Virus record (IMG/VR): IMGVR_UViG_3300017917_001342
Span: 248,001 to 312,000 of that record
DNA: 64,000 nucleotides
Reading direction: 5' to 3' (one strand)
Positions 19,854-29,488 of the stretch are shown here, one piece after another. The position numbers and the translations under genes are program-made. The notes under the pieces were generated by a model, which saw only the letters and a list, made by a program, of their open reading frames with translations, was not told the DNA's origin and did no database searches. The number at the start of each line of letters is the position of its first letter. Position 1 is the first letter of the stretch.

Positions 19854-20585
19854 TCAATCCCACAGTGCCATATAATATTTGCCAAACAGTTTGAAGCCAT
19901 TTTGCATGCGGTTGTAGTGTGCAGTATAACCTTCCTTGTCGAACACATGAGTGTCATTTGGTCCGCGATCCATACGGAACAGATCAGCACTGTCTCGTTG
20001 ATCAGCTGGCAACTCATTGCCATCTTTGTCAACTGGCACACTGACAAAATCAATCTTGCCTTTGTGGAATTGATCTTCCCAATCACCTTTTTCAACCTGT
20101 TCAAATGCCCAGATCATTTCGTTGAGAACCCAATCCCAACGTTTAAAGTGAAATTCGTCGGGCGCATGGTAATGCTTTTCTTCTTCAGTGAGCTCGCGTG
20201 CCGCAGTGCTGCGAAGATGTTCAGGAACATCATCATCGTAGACATGCGGCGCCCCGTGTTTGTTTTCACGCAGTTTGCGCAGCATTGGTGCAACAATGTA
20301 AGCAATAGTATCGTATGCACTCCAGATATCGTAGTTGTCGATTCGTACTTTGACTTTGCGATTGCCGTTGCGTTGAAAACGCTTGTGATACCATTGACAT
20401 ACGGTGGTAATCCAACTGTCGTTGCCGTGACGATCTTCGCTCAGCCAGCGTCCAAAATTGTGAACCCAGTCAGGTTTGCTTTTAATACCATATTTGTCAA
20501 CTTCAGGTTTAGCCCAAAAGCAGAGCATTTCTGCAATTTGATAGGGCCCAACCCAACGAGGATATTTTCCCATGTATACTTTCAT
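19854..20585 (-). CDS. Conserved hypothetical phage protein
   Basis: Trp-rich; RWDWVLNEMIWAFE, GFKLFGKYY. Confidence 0.75.
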   Translation of the reverse strand: MKVYMGKYPRWVGPYQIAEMLCFWAKPEVDKYGIKSKPDWVHNFGRWLSEDRHGNDSWITTVCQWYHKRFQRNGNRKVKVRIDNYDIWSAYDTIAYIVAPMLRKLRENKHGAPHVYDDDVPEHLRSTAARELTEEEKHYHAPDEFHFKRWDWVLNEMIWAFEQVEKGDWEDQFHKGKIDFVSVPVDKDGNELPADQRDSADLFRMDRGPNDTHVFDKEGYTAHYNRMQNGFKLFGKYYMALWD

Positions 20586-20621
20586 AGTGTTATGCCTTTA
20601 CTGCATATTGCGTTTGATATT

Positions 20622-21308
20622 TTATGTTGTTCGTGCAACAATTAAATCTCTGTATCTTCCGTCGTCGTAGATAGCGTTCATCATTTTAAGGCCTGGCCAG
20701 TCGTCGGCAAACATTTTAACATCGTATTCGTAAATATTCTTGCCGCGTCCACCACCGGTGCCAGTATTAATACCAACCCCAGTATTAAACACATCGCTAC
20801 CACTAATATCGTGACTAAGTTCAAACTTAATGTGTCCGCCCCAGCCTGGATATCCACGAGGACGGCCGTCCTTAGACTCCCAACTGCTCCAACAGGTAAC
20901 ACCGCCGCGAGGGCAACTGTGACTGTTACTCAGCATATGAGTGTAACTAACATCAATGTAATGGATTTTGATCCAAAAATCTTCGCGAAACTTTTCACGC
21001 CGATGGCGCCAACCTGCGCGGCCCTGTGCAATCATGCGATCAAAAAAGAATTCAGGATGCAGTTCGATCCAGTTAACAATAGATTCGAGATCGGGCTGAT
21101 GAATAAATTCGTCAAACAGTGCATTTTGCCTACGATTACGAATACGCTTAAACGTGCGATCAGCACGAAGTTTAGCAAGATAATTTACATAGCTGGCTTT
21201 GGTACTAAAGATACGCTTAGTCCATGGACATTGATATGCCGTGACGATTTTAACGTCCTTAACAGGAACCAATGCGCCGTCGCACTTATATGCTTTGATC
21301 TTTCCCAT
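20622..21308 (-). CDS. Hypothetical protein
   Basis: 228-aa ORF; SNSHSCP...GYPGW. Confidence 0.7.
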   Translation of the reverse strand: MGKIKAYKCDGALVPVKDVKIVTAYQCPWTKRIFSTKASYVNYLAKLRADRTFKRIRNRRQNALFDEFIHQPDLESIVNWIELHPEFFFDRMIAQGRAGWRHRREKFREDFWIKIHYIDVSYTHMLSNSHSCPRGGVTCWSSWESKDGRPRGYPGWGGHIKFELSHDISGSDVFNTGVGINTGTGGGRGKNIYEYDVKMFADDWPGLKMMNAIYDDGRYRDLIVARTT

Positions 21309-21315
21309 TAGGTCC

Positions 21316-21528
21316 TCACATCACTGCACTGTCATCAAACGACCGCGGATTTGGTGTTTGCAGATTCTTCCAGTCTTTGTCATTTGCAAACACCACAACA
21401 TCGGTGTCTTGCACTTCTTGTGCAGCACGAACATCCCAGTAGCGGTGGATAAAATGCGGACGGCCCCACACACGAACAGCGCGGTTGTATGCGTCGTCTT
21501 TGAAACCAACAAAGTGAACATGTGCCAT
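21316..21528 (-). CDS. Hypothetical protein
   Basis: AGGAGG SD; promoter at 21551-21579. Confidence 0.7.
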   Translation of the reverse strand: MAHVHFVGFKDDAYNRAVRVWGRPHFIHRYWDVRAAQEVQDTDVVVFANDKDWKNLQTPNPRSFDDSAVM

Positions 21529-21550
21529 GTGTGTGCCTCCTGTTAAGATA

Positions 21551-21579
21551 CAGTTACACTATCTATCGATGCATGTCAA
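21551..21579 (-). promoter_or_regulatory. Sigma70-type early promoter
   Basis: TTGACA-17-TAACTG. Confidence 0.55.
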
Positions 21580-21583
21580 CTGT

Positions 21584-21739
21584 TTATTCGTTGACTGCAA
21601 CAAAAATAACTGTTTCTCTGAAATTTAGATAGGTTTCGGCACTGTTAAATGCAGCCCATGCTGACTCTTCGGTATCGCCCTTGGCAAGCACTGTGCCGAT
21701 GATTTTACCAGATTTTGTTTTACGTTTGATATACCACAT
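21584..21739 (-). CDS. 51-aa hypothetical protein (not in ORF track)
   Basis: MWYIKRKTKSGKIIG...; fills gap between genes. Confidence 0.5.
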   Translation of the reverse strand: MWYIKRKTKSGKIIGTVLAKGDTEESAWAAFNSAETYLNFRETVIFVAVNE

Positions 21740-21741
21740 TG

Positions 21742-22137
21742 TTATGCTACCTTCAATTCAACGTCATCAATCATCAATTGCCGAACATAGTATTCAATCG
21801 GCTTCGGTGGCACTGCCATGTAGATCCTGGGATCGAACGTCATACCAACAGCGTCATACGCCGAAATCACAAATTCAATCAACGCCAACGATGGTGCAGT
21901 GTTGCCCTTTTTGCAGTTACAAGGATGGCATGCGGGCATTGCGTTACACACAATCGAATAACCGTGCGATTTAGGAAACACATGATCAGCAGTCATCACA
22001 TTGAACGGCATTTCACATCCACACAAATAACAACGCTTGCCAATTTGGTTGTAGAGTGCTTTGATTACCTGACGAGTGCATTGCTTTTTAGGGACACGCA
22101 TTTTAGTTACCGTTGTGTGGTTGCTGTGTAAATGCAC
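21742..22137 (-). CDS. HNH endonuclease
   Basis: CYLC...TADHVFPKSHG...NAMPACHPCNCKK; probable start about 22101. Confidence 0.8.
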   Translation of the reverse strand: MHLHSNHTTVTKMRVPKKQCTRQVIKALYNQIGKRCYLCGCEMPFNVMTADHVFPKSHGYSIVCNAMPACHPCNCKKGNTAPSLALIEFVISAYDAVGMTFDPRIYMAVPPKPIEYYVRQLMIDDVELKVA

Positions 22138-22187
22138 AGATATAACAATCTAATTAGATTGTCAACTGTTGCAGTTAGATTTTTTGA

Positions 22188-22457
22188 TTATCTAATCTCA
22201 GCGTAGTCCCGTGCATCTTCTTCGTCAAACCCTTTTAGCATAAGGAAAAAATATCGCAGGCTCCAATCGTACCCTTGTTCTACCTCATCGATATAAATGG
22301 TATCATCGGTTTTAGCTTCTTCTTTAAGAGCATCGACATTTGCAATCATGTCGTTGATCTCAATCGACAATTCTTCGTTTTTATGCATATTTTTGAACAC
22401 CCATTTCTTAACAGAATTGGTGTCCATTTTGTGAAGCCGCTCGATCACATTAGTCAT
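22188..22457 (-). CDS. Hypothetical acidic protein
   Basis: GGAG SD before MTNVIE. Confidence 0.6.
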   Translation of the reverse strand: MTNVIERLHKMDTNSVKKWVFKNMHKNEELSIEINDMIANVDALKEEAKTDDTIYIDEVEQGYDWSLRYFFLMLKGFDEEDARDYAEIR

Positions 22458-22533
22458 TTCTATCTCCGATTTAGTTGATTGCGTTGTTTGTATAGTTGAT
22501 ATAGCAGGCTCACTATCAACGGTCAACCAAAAA

Positions 22534-22911
22534 CTAGAGATAGTTTCCAGTAAACCCACACTGTTCACAGTAGAATTGTTTGTTGACTTTGTCTTGTTTT
22601 ATATTTTCACAGCTTAGCTGATCGGGTGCATTACAGGGAATGCGTTTAAACTTTTCTTTGAACGCAACAGCATGTGTTTCTTCAGTAAAATGAATAGTTA
22701 CCCATGCAGGACCTTCACCAAAATCTCCTTTGTCAAATACTATTCGACATGCTGGATCATTAGCTGCTAGCCATGTGTTTAACTCATCACTTAAAAATGT
22801 GTCCCAGTTTTCATTTTTAATGTAATCATTGTAAATGCTGCCTTCGTCAAACCTAACAGTGTATTCTGCAGGCTTGACTATCACTTCTTTGTGTTTGATA
22901 TTAAGTTTCAT
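22534..22911 (-). CDS. Paralogue-family domain plus Cys-rich tail
   Basis: WLAAN...FTEETHAVAFKEKF, then CEQC. Confidence 0.6.
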   Translation of the reverse strand: MKLNIKHKEVIVKPAEYTVRFDEGSIYNDYIKNENWDTFLSDELNTWLAANDPACRIVFDKGDFGEGPAWVTIHFTEETHAVAFKEKFKRIPCNAPDQLSCENIKQDKVNKQFYCEQCGFTGNYL

Positions 22912-23269
22912 TGGTCTGTGATTCCGTATGCAAAAGATTCATATATGCGCGAAGACCTTCAAACTTTTCATTGAACCGTTGTTCTTTAGTTTTTAGATCA
23001 ATACGTTGTCTTTTTAGTACGTCTTCTTCGTCGCGCATTTTTTGCCGATGCGCAAACCATTCGGTATTTTTCTCTCGATTCAACTCGTTACAGGTTTGAT
23101 TTGCACGATTTAGTTTGTCTTTCAATTCGTTGATTCGTGCAACTGCTTCCTTAAGCAAGCTACATTCTTTCATCTTGCCACGTTCAACAATCCACATACC
23201 ATCCTCGCCCATATAGGCAGAGACAATGCGTTCTTCAACTGATTTGACTTCTTTAGCCATATTAGACAT
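22901..23269 (-). CDS. Hypothetical coiled-coil protein
   Basis: ORF packing. Confidence 0.6.
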   Translation of the reverse strand: MSNMAKEVKSVEERIVSAYMGEDGMWIVERGKMKECSLLKEAVARINELKDKLNRANQTCNELNREKNTEWFAHRQKMRDEEDVLKRQRIDLKTKEQRFNEKFEGLRAYMNLLHTESQTNET

Positions 23270-23594
23270 CCAATGTAGTTAATATACGTTTATTATGAAC
23301 TTCAGTTGCTTTGTTTTTCCATTTGGCAAGTTTAGGCAATGCAAGACGAATAAGGTCTTCTTCTGTTAGTTCGGGTGCATGTACACGGATAATATCAACT
23401 GCACAGGCAATTACATCAATTGCTTCGCCAACGATGCCATCCTTACCTGGCTGCTTATAGCTTTTGCCCTGTTCAATGATCACTTCCATTGCAAGTTCGC
23501 CTAGTTCTGTAACTGTATGGTTAAGAACGTCTTGAACTGTGCGATTGTTTTCAATTGCATCTGATGCAGAGAAGATTTCGCTAATCAGTGTCAT
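23262..23594 (-). CDS. MazG-like nucleotide pyrophosphohydrolase
   Basis: ELGELA...GEAIDV all-alpha NTP-PPase motif. Confidence 0.65.
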   Translation of the reverse strand: MTLISEIFSASDAIENNRTVQDVLNHTVTELGELAMEVIIEQGKSYKQPGKDGIVGEAIDVIACAVDIIRVHAPELTEEDLIRLALPKLAKWKNKATEVHNKRILTTLDV

Positions 23595-23758
23595 GATAAA
23601 AACACTCCTGTATAACCCCAGCTGACTTCGGTTGATCGTCTAGCAATCTCAACCTGTCGCACTTCTCGCCAATCATCTTTGTAATCGCCGCCCTCGTAGA
23701 AAACTTCATACTCGGGCGGCATTTTTTGTAACTGTTCAATTAAGTCTTTAACATTCAT
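23591..23758 (-). CDS. 55-aa hypothetical protein (not in ORF track)
   Basis: MNVKDLIEQLQKMPPEYEV; ATGA overlaps at both ends. Confidence 0.6.
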   Translation of the reverse strand: MNVKDLIEQLQKMPPEYEVFYEGGDYKDDWREVRQVEIARRSTEVSWGYTGVFLS

Positions 23759-24825
23759 GCTTGCACTCCATTAACTTCGTGTTGACGACCTGCACCATAC
23801 ATCCAATGCTTTTGCGTTGCAACGTGATTTGCACGAACAAACTTTGCAACGCTGGTCTTGAAGTCTTTGTATGCAAATGCATCTGCAACTCGCACTACAT
23901 AGCCTTCGTGAACATCACGATCAGTTTTTTCGTTGTACAGCGTCTTGATTGCTGCTTCATCCCAGATACCATCATAGATAACCGGAACCGTCGGCATATC
24001 AAGCAGTGCAAACCATTCTACAGTTTCGTCCCAGCTAAGACATTCGTTGCGATCAGTCCAGATGCTAAACCCAAGCAGGTAACCAGGCAAGTTATCATAG
24101 CGGATGCTATGCACAGCATAGAGGTTTTCTGCACATACACGCCAACCTTCTGGCAACTCATAGCTGCGTTGCATCCAAAAGTTCTTTGCCCAATCTCTAG
24201 TATAATGGCTACGACCGTCAACACTGCGAGCATGACAGTAGTCGCGATAACCACTGAAATTCTCACCGTCCATCTTGCGAGTAACAATCACACGGCGCCC
24301 CGCAAATACACCAGTGTCTTTCATAACACGGTCATCATCGGTTGCACCGGGGCTCCACGGCAAGTGATAGGTACGAGGATACTTAACGTATTCTACAAAC
24401 AGTGTGTCAAAGTCGGGATGATAACGAAGAATCTTTTGTACAGATTCGTCGTAGAACAACGGACCTTTGGTACGCTTGCCGTTGTCAAGAATCACATTGC
24501 CCCACTTATCGTAAACATGATCGTGGTACATGTCCTCAGGCAGCACGATTTTCTCGATCTTAGCAGCAATACGAATGTCTTCGACACTCAGGGTAGTAAC
24601 TTCTGCATTGCTGTGGCAACCCATTGGAAAACCATTGCTGTTACCATGATCGCACAGTGTTGCACCATTGTCAAGATAATAGCCACCATCTGTCCAAAGA
24701 CGGCGTTCGATAATGTGATGTGCATCAAGCCGAACACCATCGCGTGCTTCGTTACCGCAGATCACACAGCGATGGCCATCACGCTCAAAAACAGCGTTTC
24801 TAAATTGTTCGCGTGTGAGTAGCAT
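23755..24825 (-). CDS. HNH domain fused to ATP-dependent RNA ligase
   Basis: CVICG..DAHHI..NGATLC..CH; KYPRTYHLPWS, KMDGEN (motif I), EGYVVR, AKFVR. Confidence 0.8.
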   Translation of the reverse strand: MLLTREQFRNAVFERDGHRCVICGNEARDGVRLDAHHIIERRLWTDGGYYLDNGATLCDHGNSNGFPMGCHSNAEVTTLSVEDIRIAAKIEKIVLPEDMYHDHVYDKWGNVILDNGKRTKGPLFYDESVQKILRYHPDFDTLFVEYVKYPRTYHLPWSPGATDDDRVMKDTGVFAGRRVIVTRKMDGENFSGYRDYCHARSVDGRSHYTRDWAKNFWMQRSYELPEGWRVCAENLYAVHSIRYDNLPGYLLGFSIWTDRNECLSWDETVEWFALLDMPTVPVIYDGIWDEAAIKTLYNEKTDRDVHEGYVVRVADAFAYKDFKTSVAKFVRANHVATQKHWMYGAGRQHEVNGVQA

Positions 24826-24855
24826 GATAGCACCTTGATATTTGTTTACATGCTT

Positions 24856-24884
24856 ACACTACACAGTTTAATCTACAGTGTCAA
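24856..24884 (-). promoter_or_regulatory. Sigma70-type early promoter
   Basis: TTGACA-17-TAGTGT. Confidence 0.65.
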
Positions 24885-24892
24885 GCACTTTG

Positions 24893-25090
24893 TCAGTCAT
24901 CGTCTCGATTTGAATTAATTACTGCATTGCGTTGTGCTGCAATGCATTGCTCAAGAGTCACATCAGTGTAGCCAAGATGTCGCATATTTGAGTATTGAAT
25001 ACCACCTAGCACTCGACTCAATCTATCAAGTGCAGCTTCTGCTTCTGCTTGTTCATAATCAAGCATTTCGGGTGAACAGTATGTGGTCAT
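24893..25090 (-). CDS. Hypothetical protein
   Basis: ATGA overlap. Confidence 0.55.
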   Translation of the reverse strand: MTTYCSPEMLDYEQAEAEAALDRLSRVLGGIQYSNMRHLGYTDVTLEQCIAAQRNAVINSNRDDD

Positions 25091-25863
25091 TTCTTAAGAC
25101 CTTCCAACATAGCAATAGTCTCTGTAATAAATGTACGAATCTTATCGTGTTCTTTTTGCCAGCGACGTTGCAGGAAATCCAGCGTATCGCCGCGATATTC
25201 GCATTGCCAGTTTTCAGTAATAGCTGCCCAAAATTCGGATTCGCTTGCAGTTTCTTTTTTGTACTTCTCAAAGAACTGCTCTTGATCTTTGATACGGCGT
25301 TCCAATTTTTTTGGATCAGTTGTTACTGCACGATGGTATTCGTGTGCATCGGGTCCGTCAAAGAAATCTTCGCACTTGCGATAAAACCAAATGATTTCCT
25401 CAATCCAGTCCATTGTAAGCAACGCAGTGTCGATCTGCCAAACAGTACTGTATTCTTTTTGAAAGTTGGGATATGGGATGAATTTGCTAGAAACATTGAA
25501 GCCTAGCCAATACTTTACTTCAGGATGATCAGCTTTTTCTGCTTCGGTAAAAACTTCATCTAAGCTAGAGCCATGTTTCGGCATAGAAAACTTACAATCG
25601 CCTTCTCCAAAATCTTCAGTTTCCGTATAAGCATAATGCAGACGTTCTCCACTAAGATATTTTGCAGGCGGAGTTTGTACACCTTTACGTCGGTCGCGCA
25701 GGCAGTCAACGAACTCGTCTGAATCTCGGATGCCGTTGCCAATCACATTAAAAATGTGATCATACACACGAAGTTTTGCAATTTCAATGCCAGCAGACGC
25801 ATACAAACTGGGATGCATATTAATGTTGAAATTTACAGCTTTGACTGGTGTCATCAGTTTCAT
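25087..25863 (-). CDS. Hypothetical protein
   Basis: 258-aa ORF, AGGA SD. Confidence 0.7.
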   Translation of the reverse strand: MKLMTPVKAVNFNINMHPSLYASAGIEIAKLRVYDHIFNVIGNGIRDSDEFVDCLRDRRKGVQTPPAKYLSGERLHYAYTETEDFGEGDCKFSMPKHGSSLDEVFTEAEKADHPEVKYWLGFNVSSKFIPYPNFQKEYSTVWQIDTALLTMDWIEEIIWFYRKCEDFFDGPDAHEYHRAVTTDPKKLERRIKDQEQFFEKYKKETASESEFWAAITENWQCEYRGDTLDFLQRRWQKEHDKIRTFITETIAMLEGLKK

Positions 25864-25874
25864 AGTCGAAATCC

Positions 25875-26108
25875 TTATTCTGTTAGGATTGTGCCAGTTC
25901 TGATCTCATACATAGCAAGCTCTGCTAGCTTTGTCAATGCCATTTTTAACTCGGGATAGAGAATATCCCAATTGTTATGTGTGTTTTCATTTTGTGTAAA
26001 CCATGCGCGAGCCATAGTCTCTGCATCGTCAAAGGTCTGGTCTGCTAGCACAGATTTCATATCTGCGATAGCATCCATAACTAATTCTTTAGTGAGTTCA
26101 GTCGCCAT
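25875..26108 (-). CDS. Hypothetical protein
   Basis: ORF packing. Confidence 0.55.
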   Translation of the reverse strand: MATELTKELVMDAIADMKSVLADQTFDDAETMARAWFTQNENTHNNWDILYPELKMALTKLAELAMYEIRTGTILTE

Positions 26109-26310
26109 GTGTTAATTTCCACAATGTGATGTAATCATCCCAAGCACGTTGCAGTGCAGGGGTTTTTGCATGCCTAATTTCTTGATCTGCTGTAACTGCA
26201 TCAGGATCAAACTTTTTCTTTGCTTCATGCTTTTCTAAAATGTTGTTAATCAAATCAGTATAATCATGTCGCAATTCCCATGATACTGCTTTATATTCAT
26301 CTGGTTCCAT
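26098..26310 (-). CDS. Hypothetical protein
   Basis: GAGG SD; PALQRAWDDY. Confidence 0.6.
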   Translation of the reverse strand: MEPDEYKAVSWELRHDYTDLINNILEKHEAKKKFDPDAVTADQEIRHAKTPALQRAWDDYITLWKLTHGD

Positions 26311-26319
26311 TGTTACCTC

Positions 26320-26721
26320 TTAAAACTGTTGTTGGGCACGATTCATTTCAAACCATTCATCGAGTGTATAAACCTCTGGCATTCCGATCAATTGCATAAC
26401 ACCGTGCTTGTCAGTGTCGTAATCTTGAAAATACCAGAACTCTACACCATCTACAATTAGACTGCTGTAATAGTTGTTAGACTCTGTGTATGACAGTAGA
26501 TCTGCTAACGCCTTGGCAATTTTCTTTTCATTCTGGCTTGCTCGTGCGGCAGCAAGCCGACGCTCCAGCTCGCGACGTCCATTCTTTGAAACAGCCCAGG
26601 CTTCAAATGCATCAATAAAAGCCACAAGGAAATGATCCTTAGACTCGTATTCAACACAGATGTTCTCATGCCAAGTACCAGATCCTTCTGATCCGTGGCT
26701 ATAGCATACTACCAGTTTCAT
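26320..26721 (-). CDS. Hypothetical protein (paralogue of 27787-28182)
   Basis: MKLVV..EYESKDHFL..PEVYTLDEWFE. Confidence 0.65.
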   Translation of the reverse strand: MKLVVCYSHGSEGSGTWHENICVEYESKDHFLVAFIDAFEAWAVSKNGRRELERRLAAARASQNEKKIAKALADLLSYTESNNYYSSLIVDGVEFWYFQDYDTDKHGVMQLIGMPEVYTLDEWFEMNRAQQQF

Positions 26722-26722
26722 T

Positions 26723-27016
26723 TTAGAATTCCTTTTCTAGGAATTGCAACATACGCTCTTGTTGTCGTTTGTCAAGTCGGTCATTGGTTTTACTACGATC
26801 TACTGCGCCGACTAGCAGCATTGGTACATATATCAGCACAGATACTGCAATACCAACAATTATAGCAACTGTACCCTTGCTTGCTACACCTAGCATAGTT
26901 ATTAGTGTCAACACTGCTACTGCACGAATACCTGGATGTGGGCCAACATGCTCAAGAGTAGTTAAACCCCTGAACATGTGTTGGAATAGATTACGTTTTG
27001 GTAACGCTATGGTCAT
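26723..27016 (-). CDS. Small membrane protein
   Basis: Two TM segments. Confidence 0.6.
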   Translation of the reverse strand: MTIALPKRNLFQHMFRGLTTLEHVGPHPGIRAVAVLTLITMLGVASKGTVAIIVGIAVSVLIYVPMLLVGAVDRSKTNDRLDKRQQERMLQFLEKEF

Positions 27017-27249
27017 TTTTGGACATTACCGTAGACTGCTTGATAGCAGGCAAGCTCTTGTTCAAATGTAGCACGAAACGGTGTACACAAATCTACTGCC
27101 AAGCGCAAGTCGGCCCCGTCGACTCCTTTTGGTGCATCTGATGCGCTGCCTTTGCTGATAGCAACTACAAGTGCAAACAATGCAATTACACAAGCAAGCA
27201 CAGCAAAGCCGCCTACTGTTGCAACATCAGTTTGATTATCGTTAGCCAT
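27013..27249 (-). CDS. Small membrane-anchored protein
   Basis: GGAGG SD, one TM segment. Confidence 0.55.
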   Translation of the reverse strand: MANDNQTDVATVGGFAVLACVIALFALVVAISKGSASDAPKGVDGADLRLAVDLCTPFRATFEQELACYQAVYGNVQK

Positions 27250-27730
27250 GTGCAGCCTCCAGCGCCATTTCCAGTTGCATAGCATGCTTGTAGGCACGCT
27301 CTTCTGCCGCAGCTTCCAGCGCAGCAAAATCATTCTTCCATTTAACGTGTTCGTAAAATTCTTCGATCACGGCATCATCTTCGGCTTTCTGTGCTTGCAG
27401 TGCAGCAAGTACTTTGGCCTGTGCTTTAGCAACAGCTTCTTCAAGCAGTTGACGGGAGTAGATCTCAATACGGCTGTTGCCGTCCTTCATCGGAGCACGC
27501 CAGTACGCAACCTGCTTGGGCGACAAATAACCTTTGCGCTCAAAAAAGTCTGCCATGTTAGTACCCATACGTGCATGCGCCGGACGGAACCCACGACCGT
27601 TTTGATGTTTGGTAGTTTCGCTGACTTTCTCATCAGCAGTTTGACGATTGCGCAGAACAATCAGCGCACGCCCAACAGCTTTGTCGTTGGTTGCAAGCAG
27701 GCTCTTGATGTTTTCGATCGACAGTTGCAT
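27242..27730 (-). CDS. Conserved hypothetical phage protein
   Basis: NDKAVGRAL..QTADE..NGRGF..LSPKQ; GGAG SD and promoter. Confidence 0.7.
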   Translation of the reverse strand: MQLSIENIKSLLATNDKAVGRALIVLRNRQTADEKVSETTKHQNGRGFRPAHARMGTNMADFFERKGYLSPKQVAYWRAPMKDGNSRIEIYSRQLLEEAVAKAQAKVLAALQAQKAEDDAVIEEFYEHVKWKNDFAALEAAAEERAYKHAMQLEMALEAAHG

Positions 27731-27761
27731 GATATGCTCCGTTGCGTTGCTGTTGCATTAG

Positions 27762-27790
27762 CAAATAACAGATTAAAAATAGCTTGTCAA
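27762..27790 (-). promoter_or_regulatory. Sigma70-type early promoter
   Basis: TTGACA-17-TATTTG. Confidence 0.6.
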
Positions 27791-28182
27791 TGGTGGCCGA
27801 GCACCGAAAATGTCTTTTTGCAATTATTTTCGTACCACTCGTCAACAGTATAAACAGTTGGTAATCTAATCGGGTTACACTCTGTACCATTATGCGTAAT
27901 ATACAACGGATAACCTACACCATCAACAACTGCACCAGGTTGCCGTGTGCGATGTGCATTGCTAAATTCTTCATATGCAATACGTGCATTTTCAATTAAC
28001 CTTGGTTCTTTTGATTCCGACGCTGTTTTGATATTGTCGGTTAGTTGTTTGAACATTGCGTAATGTGCATAGTATTCTTCTACGCTTTTAGAAAAATCCA
28101 GCAGGAATTCTTCTTTAGATGGATATTCAATGAACGTAATAGTATCTGGTCCACACTGTGCGGATACAACTACCAATTTCAT
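27787..28182 (-). CDS. Hypothetical protein (paralogue of 26320-26721)
   Basis: MKLVV..EYPSKEEFL..PTVYTVDEWYE. Confidence 0.65.
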   Translation of the reverse strand: MKLVVVSAQCGPDTITFIEYPSKEEFLLDFSKSVEEYYAHYAMFKQLTDNIKTASESKEPRLIENARIAYEEFSNAHRTRQPGAVVDGVGYPLYITHNGTECNPIRLPTVYTVDEWYENNCKKTFSVLGHH

Positions 28183-28190
28183 AATATGCC

Positions 28191-28325
28191 TCATTTAGTA
28201 AGGAACATACAGTATCCAATGTGATCTGGTGCAAGCCATTCACACTTTTTGTATTTGAGCCAAATACCACCGGTTGCAAGCAACACAAACAGCAGAATGG
28301 CACCAACGATTTGATAAGCACGCAT
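28191..28325 (-). CDS. 44-aa membrane peptide (not in ORF track)
   Basis: AAGGAG SD; MRAYQIVGAILLFVLLATGGIW. Confidence 0.55.
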   Translation of the reverse strand: MRAYQIVGAILLFVLLATGGIWLKYKKCEWLAPDHIGYCMFLTK

Positions 28326-28337
28326 TTCAAGTTCTCC

Positions 28338-28577
28338 TTAGTGTGTTGTGTAGATACTGTGCTGGTATTCGGTTGCCCAATATAACACAGTACCATCTGC
28401 TAGCGTAATTTTGATGAGAGGCGTACCTGCTACGTAGCTAGTCTTCGGATTGTCGCCTGCTTTAAGACCAGTATCGCTCATGTTGTAAACATGATCATAA
28501 CCTGGCACATTACCCGGTCTATAAAGATCATATGGACCTTTAATGTACAAACCTTTTTCGTCTTGACGGATTTTCAT
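28338..28577 (-). CDS. Hypothetical protein
   Basis: ATGA overlap. Confidence 0.6.
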   Translation of the reverse strand: MKIRQDEKGLYIKGPYDLYRPGNVPGYDHVYNMSDTGLKAGDNPKTSYVAGTPLIKITLADGTVLYWATEYQHSIYTTH

Positions 28578-28759
28578 TGCTCAGCAACCACTTCAAAGTC
28601 AGCCATACTCATGTTGCTTTTGAAATCACGGAACCGACGTTTAAACGACACACCAATTTCTTCAGTGTGTTGATAAGGATGTGCTTTATGACCGCTGCCG
28701 TGACCATTAGTAGTAATGGTATAAAGCAACCCGTTTTTCTTGTAGCGGAACAGTGTCAT
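28574..28759 (-). CDS. Hypothetical protein
   Basis: GAGGTG SD. Confidence 0.6.
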   Translation of the reverse strand: MTLFRYKKNGLLYTITTNGHGSGHKAHPYQHTEEIGVSFKRRFRDFKSNMSMADFEVVAEQ

Positions 28760-28768
28760 TCTTGCACC

Positions 28769-29029
28769 TCAGAATTCATAAAATTCGATGTTGTTGATCA
28801 TTGCAACATACTCGCTTTTGGCTTTTTTCAGCGCAGTGCGAGCATATTCAATCATACTGTCGGCTTCGTTTTTGCGAGCAATCAGCTCATCGCTGGGAAT
28901 TTCTTTACGCAGAGCAACTTGCACAAGTTCTTCACAGACCTTGGTCAAATCGCGCTTGCCTTCGGCAAAATCACGAAATGCCTGAGCAATATCAAACTCG
29001 AGCTGTTCACGTTTACGAGTGTCGATCAT
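28769..29029 (-). CDS. Hypothetical protein
   Basis: GGAG SD; promoter TTGACC-17-TAAACA at 29062-29090. Confidence 0.6.
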   Translation of the reverse strand: MIDTRKREQLEFDIAQAFRDFAEGKRDLTKVCEELVQVALRKEIPSDELIARKNEADSMIEYARTALKKAKSEYVAMINNIEFYEF

Positions 29030-29109
29030 TTTGTGCTCCCACAAAAAAGTGCCTATGCTGTTGTTTAGCATAGGCACCGATGTTGGTCAACCAAAATTTG
29101 AAGATTTAA

Positions 29110-29457
29110 TTAGTATTCTGCCATTTCGTACTGCACATCGTAGGTATTGACGATATTGTCGAACGCATTGGGGTTGTTGAAACGATCTGCATCGAAGAAC
29201 CAAAAGTCTACGGAATCTTCGTTACGAATAGCATAGGCTTCAATCAAACCTTGCCATACCAGTTCACACACAGCATCGTTAGTTGCTTCACTGGTTGCAT
29301 CGTTGCGGCTGAGAATCTCTAGCCTGCTATATGCATATTCCCAGACTTCAGTGTCTGTAAGGTCGGCTGCAAGTTCAAGACAGCGATCAAAAATGTCTTG
29401 AACCAGTGCGTTACCTTTGTCTGAAAACATGCCCCAGTGGAATTCGGTATCGATCAT
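29110..29457 (-). CDS. Hypothetical acidic protein
   Basis: GMFSDKGNALV; GGAG SD. Confidence 0.65.
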   Translation of the reverse strand: MIDTEFHWGMFSDKGNALVQDIFDRCLELAADLTDTEVWEYAYSRLEILSRNDATSEATNDAVCELVWQGLIEAYAIRNEDSVDFWFFDADRFNNPNAFDNIVNTYDVQYEMAEY

Positions 29458-29488
29458 TTTACTTCTCCGAGTTTTGCCCTGTTTAAAT

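Noticed and set aside
23761-24822. 353-aa plus-strand ORF
   Set aside because: Antisense over the whole motif-bearing HNH-ligase gene; no motifs or SD
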